64,000 nt of DNA, from positions 2,592,001 to 2,656,000 of the forward strand of contig CAXXIA010000002.1 in assembly GCA_963666985.2 (NCBI GenBank), given 5' to 3'. The position numbers were made by a program, and so were the translations under genes. How positions within the stretch are numbered: position 1 is the stretch's first letter; the number at the start of each line of letters is the position of its first letter. The DNA is from Spirochaetia bacterium. Lineage in GTDB: Bacteria > Spirochaetota > Spirochaetia > DSM-2461. The notes below the pieces were generated by a model, which worked only from the letters and a program-made list of their open reading frames with translations, was not told where the DNA came from and ran no database searches. Positions 47,930-57,843 of the stretch are shown here, one piece after another.

Positions 47930-48967
47930 ATGAAAAAGAATTACACATGTACGGTTATCTTGGCTTTGATGATGATCCTATCATTGTTTTTTTCCTGTTC
48001 CAAAACGGAGCAAGCTTCTAAAACGGGAACGGCCGGTGAAGCGGGAGGCGAAGCGGGAGGCGAAGTCTCATCTTCGGTGGAAAAGATGAAGGCCGCCATA
48101 ATTGTCCCCATGCTGACGGTCGAAGCCCTTCAGGCAATTTGTGAATCCTTTGAAGCGAACTGTGCCAAGTATGGTATTGAAGCGGATTCGGCGTCGGCGG
48201 ATGTATCGATTCCCAGGTATATTGAGTTGATTCAAAATTACGTTGCGGATGAATACGATATTCTTGTTATCATTCCTTTGGATGCGACCGGTTTGGAAGA
48301 TGTTGTTGTTTCGGCTCGCAAAGCCGGTACGAAAATTGTGATGCTTTCAACATATCCCTCCTATGAAGTTGACGGAGGAATGATTTGTGATTATGAAACC
48401 ACCGGTTATGCCGTTGCCAAAATGGCCGTAGCCTGGTTGGATCAGGTTTATTCCGGTGCCGCGGCCGACAGTGTCGGATTCGGGGTGGTTGCATCGGAAA
48501 CGCCCGAAGAATATCTGCTCTGCAAGAAAGCCATGATCAGCACCATTAACGCAAGCAAAGCGGGCTATGTGGCTTACGTTAGCGGTGAAGAAGTCGGCGG
48601 CAGTGTTGACGCCGGATATAATTTTGCCCAGGAAGCGATGACGGCCGATCCGAACATCAGGATTTTCGTTTGTAACGAACCGGATTCCGCAAAGGGCGTG
48701 AATAACTATCTTATGTCCGTCGGAGATTTAAAGCGTAAGGACTACGCGATTTTCTCCATCAACACGGATGAAACGGCGATGAAGCTTGTTGCTCAGTCCT
48801 CGTCCGATGAGTCTTTATTGCGGGGACTCATTCCTTATGGGAATCCCGATGTCGGCGGGGTGGCCGCCGGTATTGTCAACAGTATCCTTGCGGGTGAAAA
48901 AACTCCTTACTGGGTTTATGACGAAATCTTTACCCATAATTCTTTCGGTTGGGAATACACGAAATAG
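47930..48967 (+). CDS. RbsB-like (CUT2) ABC solute-binding lipoprotein, divergent
   Basis: Lipobox FFSC; periplasmic binding protein type 1 pattern; adjacent to RbsA/RbsC homologs. Confidence 0.82.
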   Translation: MKKNYTCTVILALMMILSLFFSCSKTEQASKTGTAGEAGGEAGGEVSSSVEKMKAAIIVPMLTVEALQAICESFEANCAKYGIEADSASADVSIPRYIELIQNYVADEYDILVIIPLDATGLEDVVVSARKAGTKIVMLSTYPSYEVDGGMICDYETTGYAVAKMAVAWLDQVYSGAAADSVGFGVVASETPEEYLLCKKAMISTINASKAGYVAYVSGEEVGGSVDAGYNFAQEAMTADPNIRIFVCNEPDSAKGVNNYLMSVGDLKRKDYAIFSINTDETAMKLVAQSSSDESLLRGLIPYGNPDVGGVAAGIVNSILAGEKTPYWVYDEIFTHNSFGWEYTK

Positions 48968-49039
48968 CACAATCTTAAAAAGTAATATCCATTCATGAGG
49001 CGCTTTTGAAGCGCCTCTCTTCCGCAACGAGGAATTATT

Positions 49040-50539
49040 TTGAATACGACGAAAGAAGATGTTTTTCTTTCCTTAAGAAATATTACAAAAGTCTATCCCG
49101 GTGTTTTGGCTCTTAATGATGTTTCCGTAGATTTTCTTCAGGGTGAAGTTCATGCAATCGTCGGCGAGAACGGAGCCGGGAAATCCACGCTTATAAAAAC
49201 CATTACCGGAAGTGTTCAGCCCGAAAGGGGCTCAATCATTCTGAAGGGAAAGGAATATCAGGGTATACGGCCGAACGAGGCCAGAAATTTTGGAATTGAA
49301 GCCATCTATCAGGAATTGAATCTTATTGACTGTCTGACTGCCGCGGAGAATATCTGCCTTGGGCGAAAATACGGCCGGCTGATCAATCAAAAGGCTATGA
49401 ATCATACGGCTCAGGAGCTTTTTGACCGGTTTAAAATTGATATCAACCCCAAAACGCCCGTTCGTGAATTAAGCAATGCCAAACGGCAGATTGTTGAAAT
49501 TGCCAAAGCCGTATCAAAGGGTGCGCGGCTTCTGATTATGGATGAACCGACGGCTCCGCTGACAAATGCCGAGATATCCATTTTGATGGATATTATCCGT
49601 CAATTGAAAGCTGAAGGCGTTACCGTCATTTACATCTCTCACAGACTGGATGAGATTTTTCAGATTTCCGACAGAGTCAGTGTTTTCCGGGACGGGAAAT
49701 ACATCGTTACAAAGAAGACTGCCGATACCGATCGCGGTGAATTGATCAGTCTTATGGTGGGACGTGAATTGTCGGAAACCTATCCTGAAAGAAAAACCGA
49801 AGAGGGTGAGGAAGTTTTCAGGATTGAAAATCTTACCGGCAACGGCGTGAAAAACATTTCATTGAATCTGCATCGCGGGACAATTCTCGGATTAGCCGGA
49901 TTGGTTGGGAGCGGGCGCAGTGAAATTATGAAAGTTGTCTTCGGCCTGAAAAAAAAGCAATGGGGAAGAATCTTTATAAAAGGAACTGAAGTTGATATTA
50001 AAAATCCCCGGGAAGCAATTCGCTGCGGGCTCGGCATTGTACCGGAAGATAGGAAACGCGAAGGCTGTCTTATCATGTACAGTGTTGAACAAAATCTCGG
50101 CTTCAACTGTATTGAATCAATATCCAGAGGACCGGTATTCAGCCGATCGAAACTTCAGGAAATCGGAAACAAATTTATCAAGATTCTGAACATAAAAACT
50201 CCTTCCCCCGGACAGAAAGTTTTCACTTTGTCGGGAGGAAATCAGCAAAAAGTTGTTATCGGAAAAACCCTGGCCGCGGAAGCGGATATCATTATTTTCG
50301 ATGAACCGACCCGCGGTATCGACGTAGGCGCCAAGCATGAAATCTATACATTGATGAATCAGCTATGCGCCGACGGGAAGGCAATTATTATGATTACTTC
50401 CGACATGGAGGAACTGCTTGGAATGTCGGACCGAATCATCGTTTTTCATGAACAGGAAATGGCCGGGGAAGTACCTCCGGACAAATTCAATCAGGAATAT
50501 ATCCTTAATCTCGCTTCCGGCGGAAAAGAATCAGCATGA
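49040..50539 (+). CDS. Monosaccharide-type ABC ATPase (RbsA/MglA-like, two NBDs)
   Basis: GENGAGKST, DEPT, LSGGNQQK, DEPTRGIDVGAK. Confidence 0.96.
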   Translation: MNTTKEDVFLSLRNITKVYPGVLALNDVSVDFLQGEVHAIVGENGAGKSTLIKTITGSVQPERGSIILKGKEYQGIRPNEARNFGIEAIYQELNLIDCLTAAENICLGRKYGRLINQKAMNHTAQELFDRFKIDINPKTPVRELSNAKRQIVEIAKAVSKGARLLIMDEPTAPLTNAEISILMDIIRQLKAEGVTVIYISHRLDEIFQISDRVSVFRDGKYIVTKKTADTDRGELISLMVGRELSETYPERKTEEGEEVFRIENLTGNGVKNISLNLHRGTILGLAGLVGSGRSEIMKVVFGLKKKQWGRIFIKGTEVDIKNPREAIRCGLGIVPEDRKREGCLIMYSVEQNLGFNCIESISRGPVFSRSKLQEIGNKFIKILNIKTPSPGQKVFTLSGGNQQKVVIGKTLAAEADIIIFDEPTRGIDVGAKHEIYTLMNQLCADGKAIIMITSDMEELLGMSDRIIVFHEQEMAGEVPPDKFNQEYILNLASGGKESA

Positions 50540-51582
50540 ATAAACAAGGCGGATTAATTATGAATAGTGAAAGAGAGAATTTTATATCAGCCGTTCTTCT
50601 ATGGATGAAAACGCACATTATGTATCTGGTACTTATAATTCTTCTTGTTTTTTTTGCTACCCAGAAACCGAATTTTCTTTCCTGGAGAAATCTTCGGAAT
50701 ATCCTGGATCAGTCATCCTACATTATCGTTGTCGGCGTTGGCGTCGGATTGGTGATGCTTGCCGGCGGAATCGATCTTTCCGTGGGATTTCAGATGTCGC
50801 TGAACGGCGTTATTCTCGGACTGCTCCTAACCCGGACTCCCATTCCCTGGTATGTATCAATTGTTATTTGTCTGGTTTTGGGGTCGCTTTTGTCGCTGGT
50901 AAACGGGATTCTCTATGTGAAGATGAAGGTTTTTCCCTTCATCATCACCCTGGCCACCCAATACTGCTACCAGGGTCTTTCCTACATGATTTCAGGGTCT
51001 AAAACGATCGGAAGTCTTCCGGCCGCCTTCAAGGTTATCGGACAGAAATCTTTATGCGGTTTGCCGATTTCCATCATCATCATGATTGTTATTGTTTTAA
51101 TAGGTTCGTTTATTTTGAATCGAACCTATTTCGGGCATTTCTATATTTACGGTCTCGGCGGCAATCCCGAAGCCGTTGCCCTCTCCGGTGTGAACACGAA
51201 AAGAACCTATCTCCTTGTCTATGGTTTGGCCGGTCTGTTTATCGGACTGGGAACTGTGATGCTTGTTTCCAGAACCGGATCGGCCGCTTCCTCCATGGGA
51301 CCGGGAACGGAATTTACCATCATAGCCGGCGGCATGCTGGGCGGCATCAAGCTCGGCGGCGGGGGCGGAAAGATATCCAGTATTGTGATCGGAGTATTAA
51401 TTTTGAGTGTTTTATCCAACGGAATGCAGCTGATGCAGCTGGGAAATTATCCGCAGTACCTCGCCAAGGGATTGGTGCTGATCTCAGCCATCGGTTTCGA
51501 TGCTTATCAATCGAGTTCGGTTATCAGGAAGGCTGAGATCGTCTTCGGCAAAGAACCTCGAAAGGAGGAACATCATGTGTAA
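50536..51582 (+). CDS. RbsC-like ABC permease
   Basis: GGIDLSVG, PFIITLAT and GGNPEAVALSG motifs. Confidence 0.94.
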   Translation: MNKQGGLIMNSERENFISAVLLWMKTHIMYLVLIILLVFFATQKPNFLSWRNLRNILDQSSYIIVVGVGVGLVMLAGGIDLSVGFQMSLNGVILGLLLTRTPIPWYVSIVICLVLGSLLSLVNGILYVKMKVFPFIITLATQYCYQGLSYMISGSKTIGSLPAAFKVIGQKSLCGLPISIIIMIVIVLIGSFILNRTYFGHFYIYGLGGNPEAVALSGVNTKRTYLLVYGLAGLFIGLGTVMLVSRTGSAASSMGPGTEFTIIAGGMLGGIKLGGGGGKISSIVIGVLILSVLSNGMQLMQLGNYPQYLAKGLVLISAIGFDAYQSSSVIRKAEIVFGKEPRKEEHHV

Positions 51583-52021
51583 CGGCAGCAAAGAATCTTC
51601 GGGAGATTCGCAGCGGGAATACCGTTTGTTCGTACCGGGAATTGTTAAGAAAACCGAAGAGGGCGCGGTTCTGACCGGGAGTCTCTGCAGAATATGCGGC
51701 AAGAAAACTTTTCCTCCGACCGAGTTCTGCCCCAATTGTCTTTCCGAAGATCTGGAGGAATGGGAACTCTCGGGAACCGGAACGCTTTACACCTATACGA
51801 TTACCCGACTGGACGGGGAACATTTCCCCGCGCCGTATCCTCACGGCATTATCCGGATTCCGGAAGATGAAGTGTCTTTGGTGGCGCCCCTTATTGTCGA
51901 TGAAGGTTCGGAACCTCGAATCGGAGACACAATGGAACCTGTATTTGAACGACTCTGGACCGATGAGGATGGTACGGAGATTTACGGGTACAAATACAGA
52001 AAATGCGGAGATGCGACATGA
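51575..52021 (+). CDS. Zn-ribbon/OB-fold protein (DUF35, BbsA/ChsH2-like)
   Basis: CRICG...FPP...CPNC zinc ribbon and GTLYTYT OB fold; start downstream of AGGAGG. Confidence 0.9.
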   Translation: MCNGSKESSGDSQREYRLFVPGIVKKTEEGAVLTGSLCRICGKKTFPPTEFCPNCLSEDLEEWELSGTGTLYTYTITRLDGEHFPAPYPHGIIRIPEDEVSLVAPLIVDEGSEPRIGDTMEPVFERLWTDEDGTEIYGYKYRKCGDAT

Positions 52022-53169
52022 GGGAAGTTTTTGTTCTGGGAATAGGTCAAACGGTATTCGGGAAATTCCCTGAGAAATCGGCCATACAGCTGGGTGCACA
52101 AGCGGCAAGAGCCGCGGTACTCGATTCGGAAATCGATCCGCGGATTCTCCAGGTGGTTTACGGCGGCCGCTCTCTGGATGATACGCAAACGGCGGAAAAT
52201 ATTATGGGACGCCTGGGAGTTCACGGCATTCCCATGTTCAATACGGAGAACGCCTGCACAACAGGCGCGACGGCCGTGCATCAGCTTTATAAAGATATTG
52301 CCTACGGCGTTCATGACATCGGTATGGCCGTTACCTGTGAAGCCATGACGACCAGCAGCAAATCGGGCAAGAAAATGGTCGGCGCCGCCGAAGGGGATTT
52401 AAACGGTACTTTGGGAGTAACTATGCCTTCCCATTTCGCGATGATTGCCCAAAGGCTGATTCATGAAAGGGGCGCCACGCCGGAAGATATTGCTTACCCC
52501 TCCGTGAAAAATCATAAGAATGCCTGCATGAATCCCTATTCCATGTATAAGAAAGCGCTCACAACGGAAGAGATTTTGGCATCCCGGATGGTCAGTGATC
52601 CCCTGACGGTTCTCGAATGCTGCCCCATTACCGACGGCGGCGCGGCCGTTATTCTCTGTACGGAGAAGATGGCCCGGAAATATACAACCACGCTCATTAA
52701 AGTGGCGGCGTCCGTTATCCTGAGCGCTACCGAAGAGAAGTGGGACGACGACATCCTGTCGAATCCCTGCATCCGTGAAACGGCCCGCCTTGCTTATCAG
52801 GCCGCCGGAATCGGACCGGAAGATCTGGATTTGATTGAGCTTCACGACGCTTTTTCATCGGAGGAAATATACACGGCCACATGCCTGGGACTCTGCAAGC
52901 CGGGCGAGGAAGTGTCCATGATCCGTTCCGGAGCGTATGAAATCGATGGAAAATATCCGATTAATCCCAGCGGCGGTCTTTTATCGCTCGGGCATCCTCT
53001 TGGGGCATCCGGAGCACGGGTTGTTTGCGAGGTTGTTCAGCACCTAAGGGAGAGCGCGGGCGGACGGCAGGTTCAAGGGGCCAAAGTCGGCATGGCCGAA
53101 ATGCTCGGGGGGTATCTGACGAGGTTCGGTTCCCCGTCCGTTACGGGCATCAATATTCTAACCCGTTAA
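52018..53169 (+). CDS. Thiolase-family protein (SCP2/BbsB-like)
   Basis: ENACTTG, ELHDAF and NPSGGLLSLGHPLGASG motifs; ATGA overlap with the DUF35 gene. Confidence 0.92.
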   Translation: MREVFVLGIGQTVFGKFPEKSAIQLGAQAARAAVLDSEIDPRILQVVYGGRSLDDTQTAENIMGRLGVHGIPMFNTENACTTGATAVHQLYKDIAYGVHDIGMAVTCEAMTTSSKSGKKMVGAAEGDLNGTLGVTMPSHFAMIAQRLIHERGATPEDIAYPSVKNHKNACMNPYSMYKKALTTEEILASRMVSDPLTVLECCPITDGGAAVILCTEKMARKYTTTLIKVAASVILSATEEKWDDDILSNPCIRETARLAYQAAGIGPEDLDLIELHDAFSSEEIYTATCLGLCKPGEEVSMIRSGAYEIDGKYPINPSGGLLSLGHPLGASGARVVCEVVQHLRESAGGRQVQGAKVGMAEMLGGYLTRFGSPSVTGINILTR

Positions 53170-53186
53170 AAGTAGGATTGTTGTTC

Positions 53187-53591
53187 ATGATCGACGGAAT
53201 CAATCACATAGGCATCGTGACCGGAAATATTGAAGAGACTCTTACCAAGTGGAAAACCTATATGGAATTGGAGGTTGTCGGCTCGGCCAATTATCCGGAG
53301 AGGGGGCAGATGTCCACCATGGTGAAAATTGGAGAGAGCAGTTATATCGAGCTGATGCAGCCGTTGGGAGAAAGCGGAGTCATTGCGGATTTCCTCAAAA
53401 AACACGGCGAGGGCATTCATCATATTTCCCTCCACACGAACGGCCTTTCAGGCGACTGTAACCTTTTGGGAGAAAACGGAATCAAAGTGCTCGGCAATCC
53501 GGGAGATGCCGTCCGGTTTACTCATCCGAAGACGACGAACGGCGTGCTCTTTGAGGTTACCGAGAGTCGGAACGAAAAGGTGGAGTATTAG
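53187..53591 (+). CDS. VOC-family protein, methylmalonyl-CoA epimerase-like
   Basis: Metal ligands in INHIGI, IELMQP, GIHHISL and LFEV. Confidence 0.85.
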   Translation: MIDGINHIGIVTGNIEETLTKWKTYMELEVVGSANYPERGQMSTMVKIGESSYIELMQPLGESGVIADFLKKHGEGIHHISLHTNGLSGDCNLLGENGIKVLGNPGDAVRFTHPKTTNGVLFEVTESRNEKVEY

Positions 53592-53643
53592 GACCCATTC
53601 CGGAAACGACATCAGGAAATAATAATCTTTTGGAGGAATAGAC

Positions 53644-54651
53644 ATGAGTAAAGCATGGCAGGAATATCTGCCGGAGAACTTTAAAGAAACTTACGATTAC
53701 TCGAATCGCATGTGGAGAAGCGGTTTATACCAATTCCCGCCGCTTATCGTTACCTGCGCCATCACCGGCGGAAACGCCGGAAAAGAGATAAACCCGAATC
53801 TCCCCGAGTCCCTGGAAGAACAGGTGGAACAGACGAGTGCCGCCTACCAGGCCGGAGCCGGCATGGTTCACATCCATCGCCGGAAGCCGGATAACCCCTG
53901 CGCGGTCACCGAAGATCCGGAACTCTATCGGGAAGTGAATCGGGAAATTAGAAAACGGTGCCCCGATCTGATTATCAACAATACGGCCATCGGCGGACGC
54001 TTTAAGATTTCCGACACGGAACTTTCCGAGCAATGCTGGACTTCCATCTACGCGGAGCCCGAAATAGCCAGTCTGGACATCTCGAATTACTGTTCCTTGC
54101 TGACTCTGCCCAAACGTGAGCCGCCTCTGTTCGGCCGGGATGAACCGGTTACACGGGAATGGGGATACAGTATTACCCAAACCGAAGTGTTCCGGACTCT
54201 GGAACTTATGAAAAAACATAACGTGAAGCCCGAGTTCGAGTGCTTTCAGATGTCCGATATCATGTACACCAAAAAGGTTCTTGATGCCGGATATGAAGAT
54301 CAGCTTGGAGGCCCCCACCTGATCCAGTTTGTTTTTACGCCCGGCGGCAGCAATTGGCCGACCATGGATTTTTTTACCGCTATGAAAAATGCCGTGCCTC
54401 GAGGCTGTCATCTGGGTGTGATCGCCGCCGGCGCTCAGCAGTTTCCCCTGCTGGCCATGGCTATCTGCCAGGGACTCCATGTTCGGGTGGGCATGGAAGA
54501 CAACGTTTACCTGGAAAAAGGCAAACTGGCCGAAAGCAATGCCCAGCTGGTTGAGAAAATTGTTCAAATCGCCGGTTTACTCGGCAGGAAGGTTGCTACT
54601 CCATCGGAAGCTCGAATGATGCTCGGTTTGGGTGAACCGCGGAACTGGTAA
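53644..54651 (+). CDS. Beta-keto acid cleavage enzyme (BKACE/DUF849, Kce-like)
   Basis: IVTCAITG, AGAGMVHIH, KPEFECF and GLHVRVGMEDN motifs. Confidence 0.92.
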   Translation: MSKAWQEYLPENFKETYDYSNRMWRSGLYQFPPLIVTCAITGGNAGKEINPNLPESLEEQVEQTSAAYQAGAGMVHIHRRKPDNPCAVTEDPELYREVNREIRKRCPDLIINNTAIGGRFKISDTELSEQCWTSIYAEPEIASLDISNYCSLLTLPKREPPLFGRDEPVTREWGYSITQTEVFRTLELMKKHNVKPEFECFQMSDIMYTKKVLDAGYEDQLGGPHLIQFVFTPGGSNWPTMDFFTAMKNAVPRGCHLGVIAAGAQQFPLLAMAICQGLHVRVGMEDNVYLEKGKLAESNAQLVEKIVQIAGLLGRKVATPSEARMMLGLGEPRNW

Positions 54652-54721
54652 CCCGGTACAAAATCTTCCGGAATTCAATTTTCGGCCACGGTAAGAAACG
54701 GTGCTGCGGCCGGGAATCCGT

Positions 54722-55426
54722 TTATTCGCATACCAGGTTCTCATCCCATTCGAAGATTCGCGCCGCTTCGATAAAGCGTGGATCGGGCGGGGCGGTTAGG
54801 GAGATTCTTTCACCGGTAACAGGATGCAGAAAGGAGAGCCGGTGGGCCCTGAGCATCAGGCCGTCCAGGCCGGTTTGTTCCCGCCAGATTCGGTTTCGGG
54901 GGTTATCGCCGTGGGGGATGTCGCCCAGGATGGGATGACTGACTCTGGAAAGGTGCCGCCTGATTTGATGATAGCGGCCGGTGATGAGATTGCATTCGAC
55001 AAGACTGTATCGGCTGGAAGGAAAATTACCGTCGGACCAGGGAGCTTCGGCCGCTGCCAGGCTCCGCCATTTCGTGGCCGCTTCCCGTTCGGGTTTCTCC
55101 GGGGCCTGCTTCATCGGCGAATCAATAACGCCCATGCCTTCCATCCGGCCTCTCACCACACACAGATATTTCTTCTCAATTCCATCACGGCCGCGAAGGG
55201 CCGTGCCGAGCGTTGAGGCGACTTCACTGCTTTTTGCGATGAGCAGGACGCCGCCCACGGGACGGTCGAGGCGGTGCGCCGGATAGAGGCGGTATCCGAG
55301 GCTTTCTTCCAGAAGTGACTGGACGCTCATCTCTCCTCGGGACATTTTCGTGGGGTGGACATGAATATCCCGAGGCTTGTCCACCGCCAGGATGTGTTCG
55401 TCTTCGTAAAGGATGGGGATGATCAT
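54722..55426 (-). CDS. RluA/TruC-family pseudouridine synthase
   Basis: VDKP, HRLDRPVGG, TGRYHQIRRH, HPILGD; start at 55426 (ATGA overlap with rarA). Confidence 0.93.
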   Translation of the reverse strand: MIIPILYEDEHILAVDKPRDIHVHPTKMSRGEMSVQSLLEESLGYRLYPAHRLDRPVGGVLLIAKSSEVASTLGTALRGRDGIEKKYLCVVRGRMEGMGVIDSPMKQAPEKPEREAATKWRSLAAAEAPWSDGNFPSSRYSLVECNLITGRYHQIRRHLSRVSHPILGDIPHGDNPRNRIWREQTGLDGLMLRAHRLSFLHPVTGERISLTAPPDPRFIEAARIFEWDENLVCE

Positions 55427-57705
55427 GAGGACTTGCGGGCCGTAACGATGAAAAGGCCGGTGCGCCATCGGACCGTTTTGCCGCTGAGCAGGGCTTTGAC
55501 GGATCCGGCATAATCGGCCCACTCGGTTCGGCCCAAGCGGGAAGACATGCGTTCGCCGTAGCCTCCGGGATTCGCCGCAGTGAGCCAGCGCTCCAGGATG
55601 CCTTCCGAGAGGAGCCGGTCTTCCACCGCCTCCTGTTCGGCAACGGCCGCAGCGTTCCAGCCCGATTCTTCAATCAGCTTTAATAAAGCATCGGCATCCC
55701 CACTCGTCTCATCATTGCCTCCGGCGAGGTTCGCCATCACCGCGGCCTCGGCTTCGCGGAAGGCCTTCATTCGGCCTTCATCCCAAACGCCTTTGGGAAT
55801 GAGATCGCCCAGGAGGGTTCCCTCACCGGGGCGCGCCTCGGCCAGATACAGGGCGCCCTGTGGGGCGGCGAGGCTCAGGGCGGCGGTCAGCCGCTCGTGT
55901 CTTTCTGTGTTGCCGCTTGAGGTGATCAGCCAGTTGCGGCCGAGAACGGCGTCGAAGAGGGCACCGCTTTTGGAAAGAGAGAGAAGGGGATTCGGATTGT
56001 TTTCGCCTGGGGCCAGAAAGAGAGGGCGTTCGGTTTCGGGAAGCCCTCCGGCCAGCCAGGAAAGGGCATCATAGGCACGAGTGCCGGAGCACAGAGCGGT
56101 AACGCCGCCTTCGGGTACGCGGCGATGGGCTTCCCAGACCAGAACGCCCGAAGGATCGGAGACGATAAGGACGCGGTCGTGCCGTTTGGCCCGCCATGTG
56201 TCGAAGAGAATGTTTCGGACGGCGACGGCGAGAGTTTCCTGGGCGGACTCGGTTCGGCGGACCCAGCGCTCTCTCTCGTCGTCGCCCGGAGAATAGGTGA
56301 GAACCTCCGGGCTTCGGGAGGACAGGGTCGTACCGCAGTGAAGCGAGGAACGATCCCGGCAGTCATCCTCATCAAGCATCGATGCGACTTGAGCTTCCCT
56401 TCGGGCCAGGACGGAGTTTCTGACATCGCCTTCGTATCCGAGTTCTCCGGGGCGGTAGAAGATGCGGCCGGTTAAGCCGTCGGGGAGGTATTGCTGGGCG
56501 GTCCAGTGGTCGCGCCAGGCGTGCGGGTACTTGTAGCCTTCGCCGTGGCCGAAGGCGTGTTTATCGCGGCTGGAATCTTTGAGGTGATTCGGGACGTCCC
56601 GGTTCGTTTCCGCGTCCACGATTTTCAGGGCGTCGAAGTAGCCCAGGGCTGAGTTGGATTTCGGGCAGGTGGCCAGATACAGACAGGCATGGGTGAGATG
56701 GTACTGACCCTCGGGAAGCCCGACGCGGTCGAAGGCGGCGGCGCATGATTGGACGACTCCCAGGGCTTCGGGCGCGGCCAGGCCCACGTCTTCGCAGGCG
56801 GAAATCAGCATGCGGCGGAAGATGAATCGGGGGTCTTCTCCGGCGCGGATCATCAGGGCCATCCAGTAGAGGGCGGCATCGGGGTCTGATCCGCGGAGGG
56901 ATTTGATGAAGGCGCTGATGGTGTCGAAGTGGTAGTCGCCTTCCTTGTCGTAAAGAACCGCTTTGCGCTGGATGCTTTCTTCGGCGGCCGCCAGGGTGAC
57001 GCTGATGGATGTTCCCTCGGGCGGCGGGAATGTTTCGGGAGTGGTTTCCACGGCGAGCTGGAGGGCGTTCAGCAGACTGCGGGCGTCGCCTGAGGCGATG
57101 TTGACCAGGTGCTCCAGGGCGCCGGATTCGAAGGTGACCTTCCATCGTCCGTAGCCCCGCTCCTTATCCGAGAGGGCTTGGCGGGCGACGTTCATCAAAT
57201 CCCCTTCATCCAGAGAGGTCAGCTGGAAAACGCGGCTTCGGCTGACCAGAGCTTTGTTCACTTCGAAATAGGGATTTTCGGTGGTGGCTCCGATGAGGAT
57301 GACGGTGCCGTTTTCCACCCAGGGCAAGAGGGCGTCCTGCTGGGATTTGTTCCATCGGTGCACTTCGTCCACAAAGAGGATGGTGCGGCTGCCGTGGAGG
57401 CTGCGGGCGTCTTTGGCCGCATCGATTTCCCGGCGGATGTCGGCGACGCCGGTGAGGACGGCGTTCAGGGTGACAAAGCGGCTTTTGGTGCTTCCGGCGA
57501 TAACGCGGGCCAGAGTGGTTTTTCCGGTTCCGGGAGGGCCGTAGAAGATGAGGCTGGAGAGCTGGTCGGCGTCGATGGCTCGGCGCAAAAGGCGGCCCGG
57601 ACCGACGATGTGGTCCTGGCCGATGAATTCCTCAAGGGTGCGGGGGCGCATGCGCGCGGCGAGCGGTTCGCCGGTTTTGGGCGCGGAGGCTTCAAAGAGA
57701 TCCAA
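55423..57705 (-). CDS. rarA: Replication-associated recombination ATPase RarA/MgsA with long C-terminal extension
   Basis: [58 protein letters not shown]. Confidence 0.93.
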   Translation of the reverse strand: MDLFEASAPKTGEPLAARMRPRTLEEFIGQDHIVGPGRLLRRAIDADQLSSLIFYGPPGTGKTTLARVIAGSTKSRFVTLNAVLTGVADIRREIDAAKDARSLHGSRTILFVDEVHRWNKSQQDALLPWVENGTVILIGATTENPYFEVNKALVSRSRVFQLTSLDEGDLMNVARQALSDKERGYGRWKVTFESGALEHLVNIASGDARSLLNALQLAVETTPETFPPPEGTSISVTLAAAEESIQRKAVLYDKEGDYHFDTISAFIKSLRGSDPDAALYWMALMIRAGEDPRFIFRRMLISACEDVGLAAPEALGVVQSCAAAFDRVGLPEGQYHLTHACLYLATCPKSNSALGYFDALKIVDAETNRDVPNHLKDSSRDKHAFGHGEGYKYPHAWRDHWTAQQYLPDGLTGRIFYRPGELGYEGDVRNSVLARREAQVASMLDEDDCRDRSSLHCGTTLSSRSPEVLTYSPGDDERERWVRRTESAQETLAVAVRNILFDTWRAKRHDRVLIVSDPSGVLVWEAHRRVPEGGVTALCSGTRAYDALSWLAGGLPETERPLFLAPGENNPNPLLSLSKSGALFDAVLGRNWLITSSGNTERHERLTAALSLAAPQGALYLAEARPGEGTLLGDLIPKGVWDEGRMKAFREAEAAVMANLAGGNDETSGDADALLKLIEESGWNAAAVAEQEAVEDRLLSEGILERWLTAANPGGYGERMSSRLGRTEWADYAGSVKALLSGKTVRWRTGLFIVTARKSS

Positions 57706-57843
57706 GGAATCCTCCCGGGCGATTGACGGTGCCGGCTTTGGGGATAGAAACGTCTGCGATGGGTGAGTGGGTGCTGTTAACTCTGCCGCCGCTCAATATC
57801 CGGCGTGTCGGGAGGGGATTTTTACGAATGTCTCGGGCGGCCC

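Noticed and set aside
48038..48065. 12-bp tandem repeat GAAGCGGGAGGC in the SBP gene
   Set aside because: In-frame low-complexity lipoprotein linker (GEAGGEAGGE); no sign of phase variation
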